Shown: positions 18,361 to 26,662 of the stretch, piece after piece
How the letters are laid out: each line of letters opens with the position of its first letter
Numbering within the stretch: the stretch's first letter is position 1
Assembly (NCBI GenBank): GCA_035543015.1
Contig: DATKKG010000061.1
Location: forward strand, 2,065-66,064
Direction: 5' to 3'
Length of the DNA stretch: 64,000 nucleotides
Source of the DNA: Conexivisphaerales archaeon
Lineage (GTDB): Archaea > Thermoproteota > Nitrososphaeria > Conexivisphaerales > DTJL01
The notes under the pieces: generated by a model
Seen by the model: only the letters and a program-made list of their open reading frames with translations
Told to the model about the DNA's origin: nothing
Database searches by the model: none
Position numbers and translations under genes: made by a program

Positions 18361-19284
18361 CTACTTCACCTTCTCCTCCTCTGGTTTGACGACCATGGGC
18401 TTCTCCTGCTTGCTGTCACGCCATCTGAGGGCGAAGAACGCCACACCCGCCAGCAGGGGTATCCAGGCGAGCCTCACCCACTCCTCGGCGGTCGACACCA
18501 GCCTGTTGGTGCTCGGGTAGGCGGACTTCACGACCGTCACGTCGGACGAGGCAGACATCGTCTTGAACTCGTCGCCGGTGAGGACGTAGAAGGTCGACGT
18601 GTCGTTTTGATACAGCATCGTGGCTCCATTGCCCAGTGCCGTGACAACCTTCTGTCCCATCGAGACCATGTCGGAGGTGGAGCCCCAGTTCTTCGCGAAG
18701 GTCGTCAGGCTCGCTGCCTTCAGCGTCTGCGCCGTCGGGCCGCCTCCAGGGCAGACCTGAACGCAGAACGGACTGGTCTGTCCGTCCTCCGTGAAGTTGA
18801 CGCAATGGTCGCACCTCAGGATCTTCTTGTTGGCGTTGTCGGTGGTTATCGAGCCGAAGGGGCAGACCGAGGTGCAGAGGAAGCAGCCGATGCACCTGTC
18901 TTTGTCGTAGGTGACCGTCCCCGACGGAAGCTGGGTGAGGGCGTGCGACTGGCACACCGTTACACATGGTGCGTCGTTGCAGTGGAGGCAGTTCTGGGGA
19001 ATGGGCAGGGTCTGGTTGGGGCCCGCTGTCGCCACCTTCGTGTAGGGGTTGAAGCTGGGGTACTGGCCCCTGAAGGCGCTCAGGTCGGGCTTGGCCTTTC
19101 CTTCATGGTACTGGGTGCAAGCCTCGACGCAGTGATCGCATCCGATGCAGTTACCGACCACTATCAGCATGGCCCTCGACGGGGTGTTCGCTCGCACTAT
19201 CCTGGGGGCCGTGGCCGCCGTGACCACGACGAGCCCGCCGCCGGCCGCGGCGGTCTTCAGGAATGTCCTTCTATCCATCTTCAT
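18361..19284 (-). CDS. Tat-signal four-cluster ferredoxin (HybA/DsrO/PsrB-like) with C-terminal membrane anchor
   Basis: 307 aa. Twin-arginine leader MKMDRRTFLKTAAAGG..VRA. Four Cys cluster motifs. C-terminal WIPLLAGVAFFALRW. Confidence 0.85.
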   Translation of the reverse strand: MKMDRRTFLKTAAAGGGLVVVTAATAPRIVRANTPSRAMLIVVGNCIGCDHCVEACTQYHEGKAKPDLSAFRGQYPSFNPYTKVATAGPNQTLPIPQNCLHCNDAPCVTVCQSHALTQLPSGTVTYDKDRCIGCFLCTSVCPFGSITTDNANKKILRCDHCVNFTEDGQTSPFCVQVCPGGGPTAQTLKAASLTTFAKNWGSTSDMVSMGQKVVTALGNGATMLYQNDTSTFYVLTGDEFKTMSASSDVTVVKSAYPSTNRLVSTAEEWVRLAWIPLLAGVAFFALRWRDSKQEKPMVVKPEEEKVK

Positions 19285-19285
19285 C

Positions 19286-20698
19286 TCAATTCCCTCCTAT
19301 GACCTTGCGGACGCTTCCATCCTCGTTCACCAGCTCCACCTTCAGTGCCCTTTCGAGGTGCGTCGCGCAGGAGATGCAGGGATCGTATGCCCTGATGACC
19401 AGGCCCACTTCGTGCCACAGCAGGTCCTCGTTGACCTTCCCCGGGCTGACGTTCCGGTTGGCGGCGCTCCAGAGGGAGGCTTCGAAGCCATTGGCGTTGA
19501 TCACCGTCGGGGTGATGATGTTGGCCTTCGTGATGAAGCCCTGGTCGTCCCACTTGTAGTTGTGGATGACCGTGCCCCTCGCGGCCTCGCACGAGCCGGC
19601 GCCTTCTCCGGCCTTCATCTTGAAGGGTGTCTTCAACTCTCCCTGGCATATGGTCGGATCGGACAGCAGCTGCTCCAGGCGCTCTGCGGCGAAGACGAGG
19701 TTCACGTACCTCGCGAGGTCGTACTGCAGGGTGCCGTGCACCGGGTTGCCGTACTTGCCCCTGAGCTCCTTCAGAAGCCTGTCGGCCACTTCCGTGCCCA
19801 TCCCCTTGTTGACGTTGACGCGCGCGAGGGGGCCGGTCCGTATGAACGCCCTCTCCTTGGGCTGGCCCTTGACCGTGACGCTCTTTCCGTAAGAGTAGGA
19901 AAGCGGTTCCTCGACTATCTGGTTGAGGTAGTCAGGGGCGTTGAACTCGGAGATCTTGGCCCCGGTCTTGTCGACGATGTTGATCGTCCCCTGGTAGAAG
20001 TTGACGTTGCCTCCGTTGCTCATCCCGAAGTATCCCGACTCCACTTTGCCCAGCTCGATGTTGTCGTCCACGAACTTGTTGAAGATCGGGGCGATGGCGG
20101 CGTCGTACCAGCCTATGACGTTCTTCTTCGCCTCCTGGACGTATCCCAGGAGCTTCTTCCGCATGTCTTCGTCGAAGCCCCTGTTGATTCCGCCGGGGAC
20201 TGCCGTCATGGGATGCACCGCCTGGACGCCGATGGTCTCGATCACCTTCTGGCCGACGGCCCTGGTGTAGACCACCTGCTTTGCCACCTCCGGGAACTTC
20301 CTGTAGACGCCGATGATGTCGCGCTGCGTGTAGGGAAGCTCGGGGAGGAGGAAGTCGGGTCCCGCGAGGATGAACGTATGAAGCGTATGGTCGCCGAGGA
20401 TCTCTCCCATCAGCATGAGCTCCCTCAGCTTCTCGGCTCGCTCCGGTATCTCCAGGCCGAGTCCGTTGTCGATGGCCTTGGCGCTGGCCAGGTGGTGAGG
20501 TATCGGGCAGACGCCGCATATCCTGGTTACGATGATGGGAGCCCTGTGGACCAGCCTGCCTTCGAGGAACTTCTCGAACCCTCGGAATTCGGCGAAGTCC
20601 GCCATCGTGCGGGTGACCTTGCCCTTCTGGTCGAGCTGCACCTTAACGGTGAGGTGCCCTTCGATCCTTGTAACTGGGTCGATTTCGATCTGGCTCAA
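19286..20698 (-). CDS. [NiFe] hydrogenase large subunit
   Basis: 470 aa. RIEGHL near the N-terminus. RICGVCPIPHH and C-terminal DPCISCATH Ni-ligand motifs, plus a ~23-aa processed tail. Confidence 0.95.
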   Translation of the reverse strand: MSQIEIDPVTRIEGHLTVKVQLDQKGKVTRTMADFAEFRGFEKFLEGRLVHRAPIIVTRICGVCPIPHHLASAKAIDNGLGLEIPERAEKLRELMLMGEILGDHTLHTFILAGPDFLLPELPYTQRDIIGVYRKFPEVAKQVVYTRAVGQKVIETIGVQAVHPMTAVPGGINRGFDEDMRKKLLGYVQEAKKNVIGWYDAAIAPIFNKFVDDNIELGKVESGYFGMSNGGNVNFYQGTINIVDKTGAKISEFNAPDYLNQIVEEPLSYSYGKSVTVKGQPKERAFIRTGPLARVNVNKGMGTEVADRLLKELRGKYGNPVHGTLQYDLARYVNLVFAAERLEQLLSDPTICQGELKTPFKMKAGEGAGSCEAARGTVIHNYKWDDQGFITKANIITPTVINANGFEASLWSAANRNVSPGKVNEDLLWHEVGLVIRAYDPCISCATHLERALKVELVNEDGSVRKVIGGN

Positions 20699-20704
20699 GC
20701 TATG

Positions 20705-21193
20705 TCAACCTCCGAGGATGTCGCTCAACAGCTCCCTGATGACCGGGCCCGGTGGGGGGCAGCCCGGTATCACGTAATCCACCTTTACGTGTTTGGAAAG
20801 TGGCTCGACCTTGTCCAGAAGCTCGGGAACGCCTTGGGTAGGGGGGTGGCCGTCGTACGCTCCCTCGAGCAGCTCCTCCTTGGTGAACAGGTTCCCCAGG
20901 CCCACGAGCCCGGCCGTGCTCGGGCAGGTCCCGAAGGACACCAGGATCTTGGATTTCCTCCTAGCCTCTTGCACTCTTTCCAGCTCGTGCTTAGTTCTGA
21001 CGGTGCCAACAACGAAGGTGACGTCTGCTTCGTCGAAATCATGGGCGCTCGACAAGATGGGGGCGTAGACAAGGTCCACGGTCTTGTCAAACACCTTCAG
21101 CAAGGGAACGCCGAGATCAGCCAAAGCGATTTCACATCCGCCGCAGATGGCACAGTCTTCGATTGCGAGTCTTGCTTTAGCCGCCATAGCCAA
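20705..21193 (-). CDS. [NiFe] hydrogenase small subunit (minimal, proximal cluster only)
   Basis: 162 aa. Motifs CAICGGC, GTCPSTAG and PGCPP. Only five Cys in total. No signal peptide. Confidence 0.85.
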   Translation of the reverse strand: MAMAAKARLAIEDCAICGGCEIALADLGVPLLKVFDKTVDLVYAPILSSAHDFDEADVTFVVGTVRTKHELERVQEARRKSKILVSFGTCPSTAGLVGLGNLFTKEELLEGAYDGHPPTQGVPELLDKVEPLSKHVKVDYVIPGCPPPGPVIRELLSDILGG

Positions 21194-21390
21194 TAACTTA
21201 CTTGTTGAGTCGTTGTTGCTCTAATAAGTCTAACTTACTGGTAATAATTACAGCCTCTTCATGCATTGAGAAACAGATATAGTAATTATAGCAAGAGTTT
21301 AGCGGTTTGTTTCTTGCACTTTCCGAGCCAGGAAAACCAATTCTGTCACACCCGCAAAGGATTAAAGCCGCGCGACGGCGAATCTGAGCT

Positions 21391-21921
21391 ATGCGGTTGC
21401 CGTCCACCAAAACGATCGCCCTGTCGGTCGCAGGGGTCGTCCTGACGTACGTCCTTACGTACTATACGATGCCGTATCAGTTCGGCATAGTCATCGCGTT
21501 CCCCCAGGTGGGGGTCCTGCTTGCGGCCTGTGCGGGAGGCCCCCTCTGGGGGGTCCTCGCAGGCGCGGTAGGCGGGCTGGCGTTCTACTACTCCGGCGCA
21601 GGCACGATATGGCTCTACGAGTTGATCCCGCTAGGGCTTGGGGCCGGCCTGCTCGCCTACAGGTTCAGGGCGTTCGCCGCCTCGATGCTCTCCTGGGTCA
21701 CCCTCGGCGTCATGTTCTCCTACTACGCCTATTCGCAGGAGTCGCAGACGAGCCAGGCACTGTACTCCTGGCTCATAACGGGCTCGTACGAAGTGGCGAT
21801 TGCGGCGGTTGTGGTCGACGTCGTGCTCACGCTCCTCCACATTTCACGCGTGCGGCCGAAGAAAGCGGCCGCCGAGAAGGAGACGGCCCGGTCAGAAGCT
21901 CAGACAGAGATCGGCCTCTAG
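21391..21921 (+). CDS. polytopic membrane protein, unknown function
   Basis: 176 aa, 5-6 hydrophobic segments, charged C-terminal tail. Confidence 0.6.
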   Translation: MRLPSTKTIALSVAGVVLTYVLTYYTMPYQFGIVIAFPQVGVLLAACAGGPLWGVLAGAVGGLAFYYSGAGTIWLYELIPLGLGAGLLAYRFRAFAASMLSWVTLGVMFSYYAYSQESQTSQALYSWLITGSYEVAIAAVVVDVVLTLLHISRVRPKKAAAEKETARSEAQTEIGL

Positions 21922-22242
21922 CATCTTCCTGCTGATATCGGCCCTCTTGGCCACGGCGAAGTCCGGAGCGAGGGTGGACTGGTCGATCCCCTGGTCCCGC
22001 AGGGACTCCTCCTCCACAAGGAACTTCTTCCCATTCTGCTCGGGGAAGAACTCCAGGAACTTGGTGGCATACATACGGTCGACTCCCTTGACGGCGCAGC
22101 GGGCCCCCTTTCCGATGAAAGCCACCGTAACCCTGTGGTCTTCATCGCCGCTCAGCATCCCTGCGGAGACCCGGAGCCCCTCGACGAAGTAGGCGCTGCT
22201 CACCGGAGACCTCATGAAGATCACCAGTATTTCCCTGGGCAT
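21892..22242 (-). CDS. DsrE/DsrF (TusC)-like sulfur-relay family protein
   Basis: 116 aa. ILVIFMRSPVSS..EGLRVSAG pattern of the DsrE/F fold. Third gene of the trio. Confidence 0.6.
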   Translation of the reverse strand: MPREILVIFMRSPVSSAYFVEGLRVSAGMLSGDEDHRVTVAFIGKGARCAVKGVDRMYATKFLEFFPEQNGKKFLVEEESLRDQGIDQSTLAPDFAVAKRADISRKMLEADLCLSF

Positions 22243-22255
22243 TCCACCATCTCTC

Positions 22256-22516
22256 CTAGAGGAAGTTCACGACCTTCTCGGCCTCCATCATGGAAACCAG
22301 CCCGGCGAAGTCGATGGGGTGTGCCCCCTGAGGGAACGAGTCGCCGAGCCCCCGCGAAATGGCGTCCTCCCCGATGTAGTAGACCTCTCCCTTGAACAGG
22401 CTACGCTTGGCCAAATAGACACCGTCCTGCAGCAGCACGACCTTGGCTGAGGGGTCGTAGGCAGCGTAGGCGAAGGCCAGGTCAGCGTACGGCTCGTCGA
22501 CGAGGTAGATCGCCAA
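22256..22516 (-). CDS. DsrH (TusB)-like protein
   Basis: 86 aa. The VVLLQDGVYLA motif is typical of DsrH/TusB. Confidence 0.65.
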   Translation of the reverse strand: MAIYLVDEPYADLAFAYAAYDPSAKVVLLQDGVYLAKRSLFKGEVYYIGEDAISRGLGDSFPQGAHPIDFAGLVSMMEAEKVVNFL

Positions 22517-22528
22517 CCCAATCTCCCC

Positions 22529-22882
22529 CTATATGGTGACCAGCCTGTCGACCTTGCTAGCCAGGCCAGCCACGAAGGCCACGCTCACTATCTTCACTCC
22601 CTTGTAGTAATCCTTCCCTTCATCCAGGCCCCTGTTGTAGCTGCAGACCTCGCAGGCGTAGATTTCGGCGCCCTTGGCCAGGAGCGCCTTGAAGTAGTCC
22701 ATGGGAAGCTTCTGCAGGACGGGAAAGACCTGCGTTCCCAGAGCGTTGTATATGCCATCCAAGAACAGGAAGAACGTGACCTTGTCGGACCTGTCCAGGG
22801 CGGCGTCGGCGATGCGGCACGCCGTCTGCCAACGCTGGCTCTGAAGCGGTCCGCCTGTCAGAATGATGCCGAACTCTGTCAA
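22529..22882 (-). CDS. DsrE (TusD)-like sulfur-relay protein
   Basis: 117 aa. FGIILTGGP N-terminus and YACEVCSYNRG, the active-site Cys context. Confidence 0.75.
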   Translation of the reverse strand: MTEFGIILTGGPLQSQRWQTACRIADAALDRSDKVTFFLFLDGIYNALGTQVFPVLQKLPMDYFKALLAKGAEIYACEVCSYNRGLDEGKDYYKGVKIVSVAFVAGLASKVDRLVTI

Positions 22883-22909
22883 GTCGCGAGTTTCTACACA
22901 GGCCCTGAC

Positions 22910-23422
22910 TTAAACTTTATCGCTTACATATCGCATCCAAGAGAGTCTCAGTGCAGCGGCCACTTCCCTGCGATAGAGCCAGGTGAGCGCCGCCACGGTC
23001 AACAGCGGGACCAGGGCATAAGGATAGAGGATGGAGGTGATGCCGGTGCTCATGACCATTCCCACATAGCCGAAGCCCGTCCCGTTGAAGAAGAGAGGAA
23101 TGTTGGAGATCAGCAGGGTGAGAACGAAGGAGACGAAAGCCGCCCTGAGCTTCTCAAGGTTCCAGGTCAGGAAGAGGGGGATGGCGACAAGCCCGAACCG
23201 TGGGTCGAAGAACGAAAGGCCCACGAGGAGCCCGGAGGTCACAGGCCTGTTCTTGCGGCCAGCGTACAGAGAAAGGAGCAACAACGAGGTCTCCAGGACC
23301 TTGGGCTGGCCCTCGACATTCGCCGCCTGAGGGTAGGCGGCGACGAACGTCACAAGGTTGAGGAGGATCAGGATGGAGGACGCTACGAAAAACAGCGCCC
23401 TTCCGGCGATCACCTGCTCCAC
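22910..23422 (-). CDS. polytopic membrane protein (possibly a C-terminal fragment of a GT-C-type glycosyltransferase)
   Basis: 170 aa, all hydrophobic segments. GTG start preceded by an in-frame TAA. Lies about 90 nt from the element boundary. Confidence 0.5.
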   Translation of the reverse strand: MEQVIAGRALFFVASSILILLNLVTFVAAYPQAANVEGQPKVLETSLLLLSLYAGRKNRPVTSGLLVGLSFFDPRFGLVAIPLFLTWNLEKLRAAFVSFVLTLLISNIPLFFNGTGFGYVGMVMSTGITSILYPYALVPLLTVAALTWLYRREVAAALRLSWMRYVSDKV

Positions 23423-23512
23423 AGCTTCTTATGTCGTCCAAGGGGGAATCAAAAGCTTGCGCCGAACGCGAAGGAGCGGCCCTGTACGAAGTATTTGCTA
23501 GGTCTTTTGCTG

Positions 23513-23526
23513 TGGTGCGAGGCGCG
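23513..23526. repeat. att direct repeat (distal copy) TGGTGCGAGGCGCG
   Basis: Identical 14-mer at 30342-30355, which is the 3' end of tRNA-Gly. A further 8-nt partial copy (TGGTGCGA) lies at 23546-23553. Confidence 0.7.
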
Positions 23527-23713
23527 AGCGCCAGGTCTCAAGCTCTGGTGCGATTGCTACGGATTCCGAAATGGGATTGCACAGCAATGCACCAGCGCTA
23601 ACTTCGATTAACGGATATTTAATTCTGCCCTGATTCGGTTCTGTGAACTCTTCGGTTGACGGGCAGACCTAAACCCCTTGTGAATTATCGGTGATAGATA
23701 CCAAGGAAGTGGA

Positions 23714-23932
23714 CTAAAGATAGGTGCGCAAATCCTTGTGGTTCTCATCGGCCTTCTTGGTCAGGGCGAGTTGAGCGGCTTTGGATAGAGATTTCCATCG
23801 TTTCGCTTGCGCCTCCGTCACTTCGTAAAGAAGGTAGTCACCATCCTCCGCTGGTATGGATAGACCTTCCTGTGTAGCAGCCAGCTTCCCCAAGTCAGGT
23901 ACTCTAATGTTGGGCATCACACAGCATGCCAA
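23714..23932 (-). CDS. hypothetical small protein
   Basis: 72 aa ORF in the element. No motif. Confidence 0.35.
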   Translation of the reverse strand: MACCVMPNIRVPDLGKLAATQEGLSIPAEDGDYLLYEVTEAQAKRWKSLSKAAQLALTKKADENHKDLRTYL

Positions 23933-24253
23933 CGCCTGTTATTCAAGTTTGGAGATTTGGACTTTGGTAACTTAACGGGAGTCGAAGATAAGTCAGGTTG
24001 GTGGTAACTGGCGGGAGATGACTATCACTTCGCGATATTCCGAAAGTCTTCATTACCATGTACAAGGGTTTCGTCGAGCTGGAAGACTGGTGCAAAGGCA
24101 AGATAGAACTCAGGATTCCTACGCTTTAGGCCCAGTGCATGTGCGCTGGGATTATGGATGCCTAACGCGGCTCGGTAGAACTCGTTCTTGTCCGCAGTAG
24201 TACCGACAGGAAAACCTCTGAGGACGCGCGCATGAAAAAAGTCGCATGTGTTG

Positions 24254-24958
24254 TCAGGATGTGATCGAAGTGTAGTACTCGTAGTCTGAGACAATGGTTT
24301 GATGAACATTGTCAAATGGATAGCCTGGGATCGGGTCGTAACCAGTGGAATCGGTCCAGAACCACCAGACGTTGGTGTTTGTCTTGTATTCCAAGTATTG
24401 CCAGTGGCTAACCTGCTTCCCGACGGTGTCTGGAACGTGTGTTGATTGGGACTCTAGCTGCGAGAGAACCAGAGCTGCGACGTTGAGACTCTGAAATGTG
24501 TATTCTTTGACCACGCTCCCGTCGACCGTCGCCCTCCAAGTATAGGGATTCTGATTGACCAGACTCTCGACCTGGTACCCGTGGTAACCGTTGTTCGGCG
24601 AACCCCAGAAGTTACTGGTTACAACCCCTTGATCTATTATGGTATAGTAGTACTGTTGGCTATATCCCAGCGGCCATTGCAGGTGTCGGTCTATACCGAC
24701 TTCAAAGGAATTGCCTCCTGGGGATATTGCCACAACATGAGTCCAGATGTAGTCACTCCACCAGTTGTTCAGGTTCACGTTGTTGATCATCCCATAGCCA
24801 TAGACTCCGTACTTGTAGGCCACGTTGCCGCATCTGTACTCTATGCCTGCGTTGCCAGTCATAGCGTTTGCTGCCTGAATCTGAAGCGGGCCAATGAGAG
24901 CTGCTGCTTCCACTTGGAAAATGAGTAAGACGAGCAAAATAACGAAAGTACTTCTCAT
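24254..24958 (-). CDS. secreted Tyr/Trp/Asn-rich protein, unknown function
   Basis: 234 aa. N-terminal signal-like MRSTFVILLVLLIFQVEAAA. Aromatic-rich, beta-type composition. Confidence 0.7.
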   Translation of the reverse strand: MRSTFVILLVLLIFQVEAAALIGPLQIQAANAMTGNAGIEYRCGNVAYKYGVYGYGMINNVNLNNWWSDYIWTHVVAISPGGNSFEVGIDRHLQWPLGYSQQYYYTIIDQGVVTSNFWGSPNNGYHGYQVESLVNQNPYTWRATVDGSVVKEYTFQSLNVAALVLSQLESQSTHVPDTVGKQVSHWQYLEYKTNTNVWWFWTDSTGYDPIPGYPFDNVHQTIVSDYEYYTSITS

Positions 24959-24964
24959 GTATGA

Positions 24965-25738
24965 TCACCTCATGGAAGTGACGAGCTTCATAGTATCATC
25001 CATCGACAGGACAGACCTGATTACGTAGGAGCCACCAGGGCTGTAGATGCCGATGTAGATGCCGCTGTATTCGAATCCGATAGTCTCGCCAATCGCGTTC
25101 TTGGTCGTGCCTTCCTTCTGTACCCGTATGTCGGCAGGAACCCCGAGGAGCTGTTCTCTCGATATCGTAACGAGGTTGGTGCCGTTGAAGGTCGTGTTGA
25201 TCTTTGCTATCCAAGCATCGATCTTCTGATTGATAACCGCCTGAGCTTCGCTTGGCGCCGCCGAAGTCCACGCGCTATCAGGCGGAGTGACGGTCAAATC
25301 AAGTTGGTACGGTTCTCCCATCTTAGAACTTCCGAGGATTTCGATGAATTGGACTTTCCGACCGAGTATCTTCGACCAAGCGTTTTCGCTAGGGGAAGAC
25401 ACGGTATTGAGAGATGTGTAGGAGTAGACGTATGTGATTCCTCCGCTTGAATCATTGAGTGTGTTGCTGTCAAAAACTAGGACTGCTTGGAGCTTGAGCC
25501 CGTTGGGAACAAAAGTGGGCTGCATTACGCTGCGTCCGCCAGCCGCCAGGAGCTGCTGAGCTTCCTCGGACGTAACCAGCCATCCCTGGGTGTTGTAGGT
25601 CACGTGCAGCGCATCTGTGGAAGCGGGCGACCACAAAACGGCAAGTACGGGAATTGTCAATGCTACTACTACGAGGGCAATTATGACGAAGTCCTTGGCT
25701 CTAGGGTGAGATACGGTCTTTGGGTTCATAATCCTCAC
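24965..25738 (-). CDS. N-terminally membrane-anchored extracellular protein, unknown function
   Basis: 257 aa. Single N-terminal hydrophobic segment FVIIALVVVALTIPVLAVLW. 6-nt spacer to the downstream gene. Confidence 0.7.
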   Translation of the reverse strand: MRIMNPKTVSHPRAKDFVIIALVVVALTIPVLAVLWSPASTDALHVTYNTQGWLVTSEEAQQLLAAGGRSVMQPTFVPNGLKLQAVLVFDSNTLNDSSGGITYVYSYTSLNTVSSPSENAWSKILGRKVQFIEILGSSKMGEPYQLDLTVTPPDSAWTSAAPSEAQAVINQKIDAWIAKINTTFNGTNLVTISREQLLGVPADIRVQKEGTTKNAIGETIGFEYSGIYIGIYSPGGSYVIRSVLSMDDTMKLVTSMR

Positions 25739-25876
25739 TTGGAATAATCCAAGAAATAGGATATTTACTGTTGCGCATCCTGGCTACGTATCTTATGTAC
25801 TCACTCAGGATAAGTGTGAACACTTGCTCTCTTCATCTGTATCGTTCCTGTCGAACTGACGTATATCACGGTCATC

Positions 25877-26662
25877 GTGAGAGGCCTCCTAGCGCCCAAT
25901 CGTCCCCGTAATCCTTATAGTAAGGACTGGGGCTTGAGACTATCAAGGAGAGCTGCCAGGCCATTGCGGGCTCGGCCTACGCCTGATGATGACAAACCAG
26001 ACAGCCTATTCGAGTCCTCCACTAGGCTTGCCGATAGACTCACCAGACGAATAAGGTTCGAGCTGGGAGTGTACGCTCTTGCCTACGGGATGGCCGTGTG
26101 GGTGATCTTCTTCCTGCTTGCGAGTTCTTTGAGCCTTGGTTTGTCATACATTGGCTCTCCCGACTCGGCATCATCTCTCCTTCTTCGCAATCCAGTATCA
26201 TTGGTCATTTTCGCTGCAGCGAGCATCGTTCTTGCGGGGACTGCGTACGCAATCGGAAAGCGGAAATGGAAAGAACTCTTCGGTCTAAAGAGCCAGTTGA
26301 ATGCAGTATCCAGGGGCCACGGTGCCAAAGGAGGAGGAGCTGAACCAAGCGAGGAAGGAATGAGCGTCATGGAACCGTACTTCTTCCTAGCCGACAAGCT
26401 GCCAGGATGGATGGCGGAATCTTACAGGCTCAAGATCGGGCAGGCCGTGACGTTTGGTTTGGGCGCATTCTTGCTGGTTATGGTTGTCTCTTGGCCGAGC
26501 TTGGGCGGAATCACACTTGCTGCATTGACGGGGTTCCTCGTTTGGCTGTACTTCAGGTATGAAGGGAAGTCGGCATATGATCACGAACGCCGTAATGCTG
26601 CCGCGAGAATCGAGAAACTGAGACTGGAGCAAGAAGGGCTGGTCAGAAACCTGTATGAGTGA
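25877..26662 (+). CDS. four-segment membrane protein with charged C-terminal helix (module partner of the wHTH gene)
   Basis: 261 aa. Two hydrophobic pairs and a C-terminal RRNAAARIEKLRLEQEG. Same architecture as ORF 62431..63147. Confidence 0.65.
   Translation: MRGLLAPNRPRNPYSKDWGLRLSRRAARPLRARPTPDDDKPDSLFESSTRLADRLTRRIRFELGVYALAYGMAVWVIFFLLASSLSLGLSYIGSPDSASSLLLRNPVSLVIFAAASIVLAGTAYAIGKRKWKELFGLKSQLNAVSRGHGAKGGGAEPSEEGMSVMEPYFFLADKLPGWMAESYRLKIGQAVTFGLGAFLLVMVVSWPSLGGITLAALTGFLVWLYFRYEGKSAYDHERRNAAARIEKLRLEQEGLVRNLYE

Noticed and set aside
17130-18389. 419-aa plus-strand ORF
   Set aside because: It is antisense to the hydrogenase protease and membrane FeS genes. The translation is Arg/Pro/Gly-rich low-complexity. 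Judged a shadow ORF.
19145-21196. 683-aa plus-strand ORF spanning the hydrogenase region
   Set aside because: It is antisense to the clearly recognisable [NiFe] large and small subunit genes. Its composition is Arg/Gly/Val/Asp-rich with no motif. This is a typical high-GC shadow ORF.
24025-24315. 96-aa minus-strand ORF in the integrated element, considered as a HEPN-like toxin because of an R-x5-H string (RAALGIH)
   Set aside because: It overlaps the 3' end of the secreted-protein gene by 62 nt. A single short motif is insufficient, and no partner antitoxin could be recognised.
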